This document shows positions 47,395 through 55,612 of a DNA stretch of 64,000 nucleotides, one piece after another. The DNA lies in contig CAZMTK010000003.1 of NCBI GenBank assembly GCA_964569245.1, positions 58,485 through 122,484 of the forward strand, read 5' to 3'. Source of the DNA: an uncultured bacterium. GTDB lineage: Bacteria > Fermentibacterota > Fermentibacteria > Fermentibacterales > Fermentibacteraceae. Under the pieces are notes generated by a model. That model saw only the letters and a program-made list of their open reading frames with translations, did no database searches and was not told the DNA's origin. How positions within the stretch are numbered: position 1 is the stretch's first letter; every line of letters starts with the position of its first letter. Both the position numbers and the translations under genes were made by a program.

Positions 47395-49651
47395 TCGAGG
47401 GAGCTGGCTGGCAGCGCTGGGTCTCATGGCTGCCCTGTCGGCTGCTGTGTACTGGAGCGTCCTGTCGTCCCCGCGCCTTCCGGGGGGCGATCTCAGCGAC
47501 ACCGTCCACCAGGGCTACCCCTTTCTCCAGTTCACAAGGCAGGCTCTCCTCGAATGGCGCCTGCCCCACTGGAATCCCTTCATCTATTGCGGAATCCCCT
47601 TCTACTCCTCGTTCTCCGCCCCTGTCACGTATCCGATCCGGGGCGCACTCCTGCTCGCAGGAGCCGAGGCTGCGGTCCGATTCCTCTTTCCCGTGCACCT
47701 CGTCATCGGAGGCATGTCGGCCTGGCTTCTCCTGGGGGCTGTGGGCGTGTCCCGCCAGGGGAGGCTGGCGGGTGCCCTCGCCTTCGCAGCCGGCGCCTGG
47801 GCGAACACCCTGTTCTATGCGGGGCATGGCAGCAAGATCATCTGCTGGAGCTACCTCCCCCTCCTGCTGTTCGCCTGCGAGCGATGGCTCGCCACCAGGC
47901 GGCTCTGGTTCGCAGCCCTGGGAGGCCTGTGCTTCGGCATGCAGGCGCTCTCGAGCCATCCCCAGATGCTGCTCTACAGCGGCATGGCCGCCCTCCTGTG
48001 GTCAGCGGCGAGGTCCCTGCAGTCGCGCTGCCTGCGGACGGCGGCGGCCGCCGCCGGCGGCCTGGCGCTCATGACCGTCCTCGGGCTCTCGGTCGGAGCT
48101 GTGCAGCTTCTTCCGGGGTATGATTTCTCCAGGTACTCCAGCCGGGGTGAGAACCTGTCGCTGGACCAGTCGCAGAGCTACTCCCTGCCGCCCGAGGAGA
48201 CGCTCGTCATGGTCTTCCCCCGCCTGTTCGGCTACAGGCACGGCTTCGCCGACAGCTCCGCCGGGGGCATCCCGCTCTACTGGGGGAGGCTCGGTCTGAG
48301 GCTCTCCAGCGAGTTCACCGGGGTCTCGGTAGCGCTTCTCGCGCTGATCGGCCTGCTCGCCGGGAGGTCGGCCTGCCGATGGCCCCTGCTCGCGATCCTG
48401 GTCACGGGGCTAGTCGTCTCGTGGGGCGGCTATACCCCCGTCTATTCTCTCCTCTACCGGCTGGTGCCGCTCTTCAGGAAGCTCAGGGCCCCCCACATGG
48501 CGGCGTTCCTCAGCACGTCGGCTCTCTCGCTGATGGCCGGCCCGGGCTTCGACGCGCTCCTCGCGAAAGGGGGCCGATCGTGGAAGGCGGCCCTCGTCTT
48601 CTCTGCATCGTGCCTGGTCGCCTTCATTGCGGCAGGCCCTATCGTGGAGAGCCTCCAGGCGGGATGGTGGGATAGGGCGGGGGTCGCCCCCTCCGACTGG
48701 ATCGTACAGCGGCGCATAGACATGGCTGCTGGTGACTTCCTGCGTGCCTGCGTCTCGGCCGCCTTGGTCGGGCTCGCCGGGCTGCTGGCCTCGAGGGGCA
48801 GGCTGACCCCGGGCGGCGCGCTGGTGCCTGCGCTCTTGCTCATGTCGCTGGAGCTCGTCCCGGTAGACAGGGATTTCCAGGTTTTCCTGCCGGACACCAG
48901 AATCGAGTCTGTGTGTCCGGACTATTCCCGGCTGGCCGCCGCCGCCGGCGGTGGGAGGGTTCTCCCTGGCGGAAACGAGATGATCCCGTCAGGAGTGCTG
49001 TCGGTCGCCGGGTATCACGCGGCGAGAACGCAGGCCAACGACGACATGCTGGAGCTTGTCTCCGGCGGCGGGCTGGCCGGGGCGAGGCTCACAGCCTTCA
49101 CGGTGCTCTTCGAGTCCGGCGTCGTAGTACCCTACGACTCGCTGATAGCGGCTGTCTCCGGAGGCCCGGGCGGCGTGCCGGAGGGGCTCGAGAGACCGCA
49201 GCCGAGAGTCTTCCTGGCGTCGGACTGGGCGGTGGATCCTGCATCGGCCGGGGGCTCCTTCGATCCCGGCGGCCCCCCGCCGGAGAGGCTCACGGTGCTG
49301 GACAGGGATCCCGGCATCCCGCACGGCGGCGACTCCTCCGGAACGGCCCGGATGGTTGCGGACCTGCCCGAGCTGGTCGTCGTGGAGACCTGCGCGGGCT
49401 CTCCCTCCATACTGGTCCTCGCCGACACCTGGTATCCCCGGTGGCGCGCCGAGGTCGACGGCGTCGAGACACCCCTTCTCAGGGCCAACTGCTGGCAGAG
49501 GGGCGTGGCCGTGCCTGCAGGGGAGCACACAGTGAGCTTCAGGTTCGACCATTCGGACGTGGGAATCGGCGCCCTCGCCAGCGTGACCGGGATCGCCCTG
49601 ACTGCGGGGATCGGCCTCCTCGAGCTGCTCTCGCGCCGCAGGAGGGCCTGA
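47375..49651 (+). CDS. YfhO-like large polytopic membrane protein (putative GT-C glycosyltransferase) with a C-terminal extracytoplasmic domain
   Basis: About 758 aa. The N-terminal roughly 550 aa hold many TM helices, and the C-terminal roughly 200 aa are soluble. Size, topology and the operon partners (GT2 plus flippase-like) fit YfhO/GT-C. Confidence 0.45.
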   Translation: MVRIQADRGSWLAALGLMAALSAAVYWSVLSSPRLPGGDLSDTVHQGYPFLQFTRQALLEWRLPHWNPFIYCGIPFYSSFSAPVTYPIRGALLLAGAEAAVRFLFPVHLVIGGMSAWLLLGAVGVSRQGRLAGALAFAAGAWANTLFYAGHGSKIICWSYLPLLLFACERWLATRRLWFAALGGLCFGMQALSSHPQMLLYSGMAALLWSAARSLQSRCLRTAAAAAGGLALMTVLGLSVGAVQLLPGYDFSRYSSRGENLSLDQSQSYSLPPEETLVMVFPRLFGYRHGFADSSAGGIPLYWGRLGLRLSSEFTGVSVALLALIGLLAGRSACRWPLLAILVTGLVVSWGGYTPVYSLLYRLVPLFRKLRAPHMAAFLSTSALSLMAGPGFDALLAKGGRSWKAALVFSASCLVAFIAAGPIVESLQAGWWDRAGVAPSDWIVQRRIDMAAGDFLRACVSAALVGLAGLLASRGRLTPGGALVPALLLMSLELVPVDRDFQVFLPDTRIESVCPDYSRLAAAAGGGRVLPGGNEMIPSGVLSVAGYHAARTQANDDMLELVSGGGLAGARLTAFTVLFESGVVVPYDSLIAAVSGGPGGVPEGLERPQPRVFLASDWAVDPASAGGSFDPGGPPPERLTVLDRDPGIPHGGDSSGTARMVADLPELVVVETCAGSPSILVLADTWYPRWRAEVDGVETPLLRANCWQRGVAVPAGEHTVSFRFDHSDVGIGALASVTGIALTAGIGLLELLSRRRRA

Positions 49652-49654
49652 AGA

Positions 49655-51790
49655 GTGGCGAGAAGAAAGGCTGCGGAGGCCGCCGCCGCCTGGCTGGGCG
49701 TGCTGCTGACCGCGGCTGCCGCGGCCGTCTTCGCGTTCGTCCTGTGGCCTTCGTGGAAGCCCCGGGTCGAGGCGTTCTTCTCGGGATTCGACCCCCTCGC
49801 GCGCTGGCCCCTGATAGCGCTCTCCGTGCTGTCCGCCCTGCTGAGCCAGGCGTTCGCGCCCTGCGCGTGGCAGAGGGTGCTCCGGGCGCTGTCCCTGCCC
49901 GGCTCGCACGGTTCCGACTCGAAGCGCAACTGGTACGTGACGCAGATGGGCAGCTACATCCCGGGGAAGTTCTGGATGTACATCGGGAGGGCGGCCTTCC
50001 TCGGCGCGCGCGGCGCCGGCGGCGCGAAGAGCAGCGCGGCCATCGCCCTGGAGAACATCTACCTCATGGTGTCGGTATGCCTCATGGCGCTGGTCGCTAT
50101 ACCCTTCACCGGCGGCACCCGCATGCCCGGGGGAGTCAGGGCAGCGCTCGCAGTCTCAATGGGAGCCACGCTCCTGGCGCTTCTTGCGCCCGGCATCAGG
50201 AGGGGGCTGGCGGCGCTGATCACGAGGAGGCCCGGCGGGGACCCCGGCGTACTGCCGGAGCTCTCCCTGGGCAGCCAGGCTGTCATGATAGGGTTCGACA
50301 TGCTCTCCTGGACCTTCAGGGGCGCTTCGCTCTTCTTCTGGTTCCTCGCGGCGGGTGCGGGCGCTGGCAGAGAGGTCCAGATGCTCTCCGTCTGCCTGCT
50401 GGCCATGCCCGTCTCCTGGCTCGCGGCACTGCTCCTCGTGATCGTGCCCGGGGGCATCGGTCTGCGCGAGTCCATCCAGGGGGTTCTTCTGCAGGAGTTC
50501 GCAGGAGCGTCTCTGGCCGTCGCCACTACCATCGCCCTCTCTCACAGGATCGTGCTCATCGTCTCCGAGGGAGTCTTCGCGGCCGGCGCGCTCGTCCTCG
50601 ACGGCCTCTGGAAGAGGCGCCCCTCGATGATGAGACATCTCCGCCAGTCGGCGAGGCTCGCGGCGTGCCTCCTGCGCGCCAGGCTGTTCATGATGGGCGT
50701 CGGGACCCCGCCGCCCCCTGTGAATCTCACCTTCTCGGTCACGAGGAGGTGCCAGTCGCGCTGCCGGACCTGCTACATCTGGAAGGCCCCTCCCCTCGAG
50801 GAGCTGTCGCTGGCGGAGATAGAGGCGCTCTTCCGGGAGATCGGCTGGACCTACTTCTTCAACGTCTCGGGCGGCGAGCCCTTCCTGCGGGACGACCTGC
50901 CGGAGATCGTGGGCCTCGCCTGCAGACACCTCGATCCCGCCGTCATCCACATCCCCACGAACGCCCTCCTGCCCGCTAGGATCGAGTCCATGACCGCCGA
51001 GATGCTGGAGATCGTCGCCCGCGAGGCGCCTGGAGCCGCGCTCACGATAAAGCCCTCCTTCGACGGGGTCGGGGACCTGCATGACGAGGTGCGGGGGGTC
51101 CCCGGCAACTTCGCCAGGCTCCTCGACACCCTCGAGAGGCTCCTGGCCCTGCGGGAGCGCCACCCCGAGCTGCATGTCGGAGTGGGCACGGTGATCTCCC
51201 GCGAGAACGCCGGAAGGCTCGGCGAGATCATGGAGTTCGCCGGCAGCCTCGGCGTGGACACCTACATCAACGAGATCGCCGAGGAGCGGGAGGAGTTCTT
51301 CAACCGCGGCTCAGGAATAACGCCCGACCCGGACACCTACCGCAGGATCATGCTCGGCTTCAAGGCAGCCGCCGTTGACAGGATGCGGAGCATGAAGCTC
51401 CTCGGGCGGATCACCACCGCGCTAAGGATCGTCTATTACGACCTTGTAGTGAGGATCATGCAGGAGAAGCGCCAGGTGATACCGTGCTACGCGGGAATAC
51501 TGAACGCCCACATCAACGCCGACGGAGCCCTCTGGCCCTGCGCGATAAGAGCCTACGGCTCCGAGATGGGGAGGGCGGGGCGAGAGGGCGGCTTCGCCGG
51601 AGCGTGGAAGTCCGAAAGGGCCCGCGCGATCAGGCGCTCGATCAGGAGGGGGGAGTGCGGCTGCCCGCTCGCCAACCAGGCCTATTCCAACATCCTCATG
51701 CATGCGCCAAGCCTTCTCCGCGCAGCCCGCACTGCGCTGTTCCCGGGCAGGGCCTCCGCGCGGTCTCCCCGGCAGGAAGGAGCAGGATGA
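49655..51790 (+). CDS. Fusion of a UPF0104/LPG-synthase-TM flippase-like membrane domain and a radical SAM/SPASM enzyme
   Basis: Residues 1-340 are paralogous to the gene at 46438 (SYIPGKFWMYIGRAAF, IVPGGIGLRESI). Residues 350-711 carry radical SAM motifs CQSRCRTC (CxxxCxxC), SGGEPFL and IPTNALL. A Cys-rich SPASM-like tail follows (PCYAG...WPC...ECGCP). Confidence 0.7.
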   Translation: MARRKAAEAAAAWLGVLLTAAAAAVFAFVLWPSWKPRVEAFFSGFDPLARWPLIALSVLSALLSQAFAPCAWQRVLRALSLPGSHGSDSKRNWYVTQMGSYIPGKFWMYIGRAAFLGARGAGGAKSSAAIALENIYLMVSVCLMALVAIPFTGGTRMPGGVRAALAVSMGATLLALLAPGIRRGLAALITRRPGGDPGVLPELSLGSQAVMIGFDMLSWTFRGASLFFWFLAAGAGAGREVQMLSVCLLAMPVSWLAALLLVIVPGGIGLRESIQGVLLQEFAGASLAVATTIALSHRIVLIVSEGVFAAGALVLDGLWKRRPSMMRHLRQSARLAACLLRARLFMMGVGTPPPPVNLTFSVTRRCQSRCRTCYIWKAPPLEELSLAEIEALFREIGWTYFFNVSGGEPFLRDDLPEIVGLACRHLDPAVIHIPTNALLPARIESMTAEMLEIVAREAPGAALTIKPSFDGVGDLHDEVRGVPGNFARLLDTLERLLALRERHPELHVGVGTVISRENAGRLGEIMEFAGSLGVDTYINEIAEEREEFFNRGSGITPDPDTYRRIMLGFKAAAVDRMRSMKLLGRITTALRIVYYDLVVRIMQEKRQVIPCYAGILNAHINADGALWPCAIRAYGSEMGRAGREGGFAGAWKSERARAIRRSIRRGECGCPLANQAYSNILMHAPSLLRAARTALFPGRASARSPRQEGAG

Positions 51791-52503
51791 AGCTTCTCGA
51801 GATGACGACCCACGACTTCGCGAGGCTGGAACCCTCGCTCGCCTTCCTCCCCCTCGGTACGGTGGAGGCGCACGACCTCGGCCCGCTGGGAACCGACGCA
51901 GTCGCACCCGAGCGCATAGCCTGCGACCTGGCGGGCAGGTTCGGGGCGGTCGTGCTCCCCACCATGCCATACGGGCTCGTACGCTCTCTGGCCGGCCACC
52001 CCGGCGGCATGTGGCTCACGGAGGATACCTACAGGGCCGTGGTGCTGGAGCTGATAGGCTCGATATCCCTCTCGGGCGTCTCCAGGCTGGTCGTCTTCAA
52101 CGGGCACGGCGGCAACACCGGCGTCCTCAGGGAGGTCCTGCCGGAGGCAGTGGAGAGATACGGGACGATGACGGCTCTGGTTGACTGGTGGGTCGCGGGG
52201 GGCGACATCGCACGGAGGCTCTTCGGCGGCGCCGCCGGGCACGGGGGCTCTGACGAGCTCTCGGTCGTCTTCTCGGACAGGCTGGACATGCTGCCGGAGT
52301 GGGACGGAAGCAGGTCGTGGAGGGCGGTCGAAGGGGCGTGGGCGTGGCCCGCCCCAAGGTCATCGATCAGGTACGACGACGAACCTGCAAGACCCCTCGA
52401 GCGGGGCGCGGCGGCCGAATACTACAGACTCCTGCTGGAGAGGCTGGAAGTGACGGTCGAGGGCATCCTGTCCGGCTGGGACTCGATCCCGCGCATCACC
52501 TGA
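51787..52503 (+). CDS. Creatininase-family (creatinine amidohydrolase/MftE/ArfB-fold) hydrolase
   Basis: LAFLPLGTVEAHDLGPLGTDAV and VFNGHGGN signatures. The ATG overlaps the radical SAM stop (ATGA). Confidence 0.8.
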   Translation: MKLLEMTTHDFARLEPSLAFLPLGTVEAHDLGPLGTDAVAPERIACDLAGRFGAVVLPTMPYGLVRSLAGHPGGMWLTEDTYRAVVLELIGSISLSGVSRLVVFNGHGGNTGVLREVLPEAVERYGTMTALVDWWVAGGDIARRLFGGAAGHGGSDELSVVFSDRLDMLPEWDGSRSWRAVEGAWAWPAPRSSIRYDDEPARPLERGAAAEYYRLLLERLEVTVEGILSGWDSIPRIT

Positions 52504-53161
52504 TCCTCTCCACCCCCCCGGGCACCGGGCGCAGGATGGCGGACGGGAGGGAGGGGGGCAGTCTCCCGCCGTCCAGCACGAGATCCACTCCTGCGATCAC
52601 CCCTTCGTCCACCTCGTCCACCGACAGAGCGGGTGCGCCGGCGGAGGTGTTCGCGCTAGAGGACACGAGCGGCCTTCGGGCGAGCCTCAGCAGCATCCTG
52701 CTGAGCGGATCGGCGGGAACCCTGAGGGCGACGGTCCCGTCGGGAGCCTGGACCCAGGAGGGGCAGGCGGGGCTGGATGGGAGCACCACGCTGACAGGGC
52801 CGGGCCACCATCGTGCCAGGCTGTCCATGACTTCGTCCCCCGGAGGCATGGCCAGCTCCAGGGCTGCATCCGCATCCATCCCCACCACCACGAACGGTCG
52901 CGGCAGAGAGCACCCCTTGAGCGCCGCCAGCCTCTCGGCAGCCTTCCTGTCCCGGACCGAGCAGCAGATCCCGTAGACTGTGTCCGACGGATACAAGACG
53001 ATGCCCCCCGAACGGATCGCTGCAGCCGCACGCGATACGGGCGCCTCTTCGGGCGCCTCCCGGGAAACCGGCAGCGTCCTGCCCGTCAGATGCCCCTTGC
53101 AGCCCGGACGCGGCCGGCTAGAGCAGGATCGGAGAGCGCCAGGATCTCCGCGGCGAGCCAT
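52496..53161 (-). CDS. tsaC: L-threonylcarbamoyladenylate synthase TsaC/YrdC/Sua5 family
   Basis: GGIVLYPSDTVYGIC and VSSSANTSAGAP motifs. The start is uncertain: the track ATG at 53161 overlaps the purE 3' end by 76 nt, and a start after the purE stop would have to be non-ATG. Confidence 0.65.
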   Translation of the reverse strand: MARRGDPGALRSCSSRPRPGCKGHLTGRTLPVSREAPEEAPVSRAAAAIRSGGIVLYPSDTVYGICCSVRDRKAAERLAALKGCSLPRPFVVVGMDADAALELAMPPGDEVMDSLARWWPGPVSVVLPSSPACPSWVQAPDGTVALRVPADPLSRMLLRLARRPLVSSSANTSAGAPALSVDEVDEGVIAGVDLVLDGGRLPPSLPSAILRPVPGGVERIR

Positions 53162-53541
53162 GCAGCGTTCCTGGCCCCGTGGGAGCCTATGGCGACCGCA
53201 GCCACCGGGATGCCCTTCGGCATCTGAACAGTGGAGAGGAGCGCGTCGAGACCGCCGAGAGTGCCCCCCGCGAGGGGGACTCCGACGACGGGCAGAATGG
53301 TCCTTGATGCGACAGCCCCGGCGAGGTGCGCAGCAAGCCCCGCGCCTGCGATGAGAACCCTGATGCCCCTGCCCTCCGCCTCCCCTGCGTAGCGGGCGAC
53401 CAGGTCGGGGTTCCTGTGGGCTGACATGACCGAGACCTCGCAGGGGACCCCCAGCTCCTCGAGGACGGTTCTGGCCTGGTCCATCGTCTCCCTGTCGCTC
53501 TCGCTGCCCATGAGTATTCCGACCAGCGGATGATCACTCAT
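53086..53541 (-). CDS. purE: N5-carboxyaminoimidazole ribonucleotide mutase
   Basis: VGILMGSESD, the SAHR motif and GAGLAAHLAG. 151 aa; the ATG overlaps the purD stop (ATGA). Confidence 0.9.
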   Translation of the reverse strand: MSDHPLVGILMGSESDRETMDQARTVLEELGVPCEVSVMSAHRNPDLVARYAGEAEGRGIRVLIAGAGLAAHLAGAVASRTILPVVGVPLAGGTLGGLDALLSTVQMPKGIPVAAVAIGSHGARNAAWLAAEILALSDPALAGRVRAARGI

Positions 53542-54782
53542 GTCGTCCTCCCTATGTCCTTCCTGTAGCGCGCCCCTTCGAAGCGCACCAGGGATGCGCC
53601 GCGATATGCCCTTTCGAGCGCCTCTTCCAGGTTGACGCCGGTGCCGGTGATGGAGACCACCCGCCCTCCGTCCGTCACGATGCGGCCGTCTCTCTCCGCG
53701 GTCCCGGCATGGAAGACCAGCGCCTCCCTCCCGGCCTCTTCGAGACCTTCGATCCAATGGCCCTTGGAGTACGGTCCGGGATAGCCGCCCGATGCGACCA
53801 CAACGCATGCTGCGGCGCCCTCCGCCCTGCCGACCTTCTCCGGCACGCCCGAACCGGAGGCGGCCAGGTGCAGGTCGCCGGCCAGATCGCCTTCGAGGAG
53901 CGGCAGCACTGACTGAGTCTCGGGATCCCCGAACCTGCAGTTGAACTCCAGCACCGAGACGCCCTCCTCCGAGACCATGAGCCCGGCGTACAGGATTCCG
54001 CGGTAGTCTATCCCCCTCGACGCGAGCTCTTGGAGGACGGGCAGGAACACCTCGCGCAGAACGCGCGCATCGAAGTCTGGTGCCAGGTCCGGGGGTGGGC
54101 ACACGGCTCCCATCCCTCCGGTGTTCGGTCCGGCATCGCCGTCGAAGGCCCTCTTGTGATCCCTCGAGGGAGGCAGGACGACTGCGGACGTCCCGCAGCA
54201 GATCGCCATGACGCTCGCCTCCCTCCCCTTCAGGCGCCTCTCGACAAGGAGACCGCGCACTCCCGCCGGCGAGGAGAGGATGGAATCGAGGGCGGAGGAG
54301 GCCTCCTCGAGAGTCTCCGGCAGGAAGACCCCTTTGCCGGCCGCCAGACCGTCGGCCTTGATCACCCAGTCCGACACGCGGTCGCCCATCCAGGAGAGGG
54401 CCGAGGACGCCGTCTCGAAGCGTCTGGCGTCGGCGGTGGGGACTCCGGCAGTCTTCATGACATCCTTCGCGAACCACTTGCTCGACTCGATCCTGGCCCC
54501 TGATGCACCCGGGCCGAAGCAGGCGATGCCATCCTCGCGCAGCGCCGTCGCCACATCCGCCTCGAGCGGCGCCTCGGGGCCGATGACCACGAGCCCGATG
54601 CCCGCGTCACGGCAAAGGCCCGCAAGCGCCTTTCCGTCCATGGGGGAGACCGGATGGCAGGGACCGAGCCTGGCCATGCCCGGGTTTCCCGGAGCGGAGT
54701 GCACCTCGTGCAGCCCGCAGCGGGAGAGAGCCCAGGCGATGGCGTGCTCCCTCCCCCCGGACCCTGCGACCAGCACCTTCAT
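53538..54782 (-). CDS. purD: Phosphoribosylamine--glycine ligase
   Basis: MKVLVAGSGGREHA, ATP-grasp motifs, 414 aa. Confidence 0.9.
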   Translation of the reverse strand: MKVLVAGSGGREHAIAWALSRCGLHEVHSAPGNPGMARLGPCHPVSPMDGKALAGLCRDAGIGLVVIGPEAPLEADVATALREDGIACFGPGASGARIESSKWFAKDVMKTAGVPTADARRFETASSALSWMGDRVSDWVIKADGLAAGKGVFLPETLEEASSALDSILSSPAGVRGLLVERRLKGREASVMAICCGTSAVVLPPSRDHKRAFDGDAGPNTGGMGAVCPPPDLAPDFDARVLREVFLPVLQELASRGIDYRGILYAGLMVSEEGVSVLEFNCRFGDPETQSVLPLLEGDLAGDLHLAASGSGVPEKVGRAEGAAACVVVASGGYPGPYSKGHWIEGLEEAGREALVFHAGTAERDGRIVTDGGRVVSITGTGVNLEEALERAYRGASLVRFEGARYRKDIGRTT

Positions 54783-55612
54783 CAGGAGTCGTCCTCCACG
54801 GGGGAATAGACCTGTCCGCGGGAGGGGAACCCCCCCGACCTCACCTCGGAGGCGTATGACCTCACGGCTCCGACCATTGCGTCGTAGAGCTGCGCGAATC
54901 TCCTGAGGAACCTCGGCTCGAAGCCCGGTGTGAGGCCGAGCATGTCGCTCGCGACCAGTATCTGGCCGTCCGTGAACCTCCCGGCTCCTATCCCTATCGT
55001 CGGGACGGATACCGAGGCGGTGACGTCCCTTCCGACAGACTCCTCGACGCTCTCGACGACCAGCGCGAACACCCCCGCCGCCTCCAGGGCCCGTGCCTCG
55101 CCCACGAGCCGGTCGGTGGCCTGGGCGGACGTCACACGGTACCCTCCCGTGAGCCTGACCGACTGCGGCAGCAGGCCGATGTGGCCCATCACGGGTATTC
55201 CGGACTCGACGAGAGCCGCGACTCTCTCGAGGGTTCTGGGTCCCGCCCCCTCCAGCTTGACGGCGTCGGCCCCCCCCTCGGAGAGGAAGCGAGATGCGTT
55301 CCTCACGGCGTCCTCGACGGACGCCTGGTAGGAGCCGAACGGCATGTCTCCCACCACCAGCGTTCCCGGCGCGCCCCGCCTGACAGCCCTCGCATGGGCC
55401 ACCAGCAGGTCCATGGTTGCCCCCAGAGTGGTTTCCTCGCCCATCACCGCCATGACCATGGAGTCCCCGACCAGGATGAAATCCACGCCGGCCTCCTCCT
55501 CGGCCCTTGCCGTAGGGCAGTCGTAGGCGGTCAGGGCCACGATCCTCTCCCCCCGCCTCTTCAGGTCGAGCAGGCGCTGGATGGTGCCCCTTCCTCGGTC
55601 CTCACTCCTCAT
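54782..55612 (-). CDS. panB: 3-methyl-2-oxobutanoate hydroxymethyltransferase
   Basis: TAYD, LVGDS, GHIGL(L)PQ motifs, 276 aa. Confidence 0.9.
   Translation of the reverse strand: MRSEDRGRGTIQRLLDLKRRGERIVALTAYDCPTARAEEEAGVDFILVGDSMVMAVMGEETTLGATMDLLVAHARAVRRGAPGTLVVGDMPFGSYQASVEDAVRNASRFLSEGGADAVKLEGAGPRTLERVAALVESGIPVMGHIGLLPQSVRLTGGYRVTSAQATDRLVGEARALEAAGVFALVVESVEESVGRDVTASVSVPTIGIGAGRFTDGQILVASDMLGLTPGFEPRFLRRFAQLYDAMVGAVRSYASEVRSGGFPSRGQVYSPVEDDS

Noticed and set aside
49655-52503. A ribosomal-peptide (RiPP, mycofactocin-like) interpretation of the radical SAM/SPASM plus creatininase pair
   Set aside because: I found no short precursor-peptide ORF or RRE-like domain next to the pair, and the radical SAM enzyme is fused to a membrane flippase-like domain. 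A lipid or glycolipid substrate seems more likely, but a RiPP role is not fully excluded.
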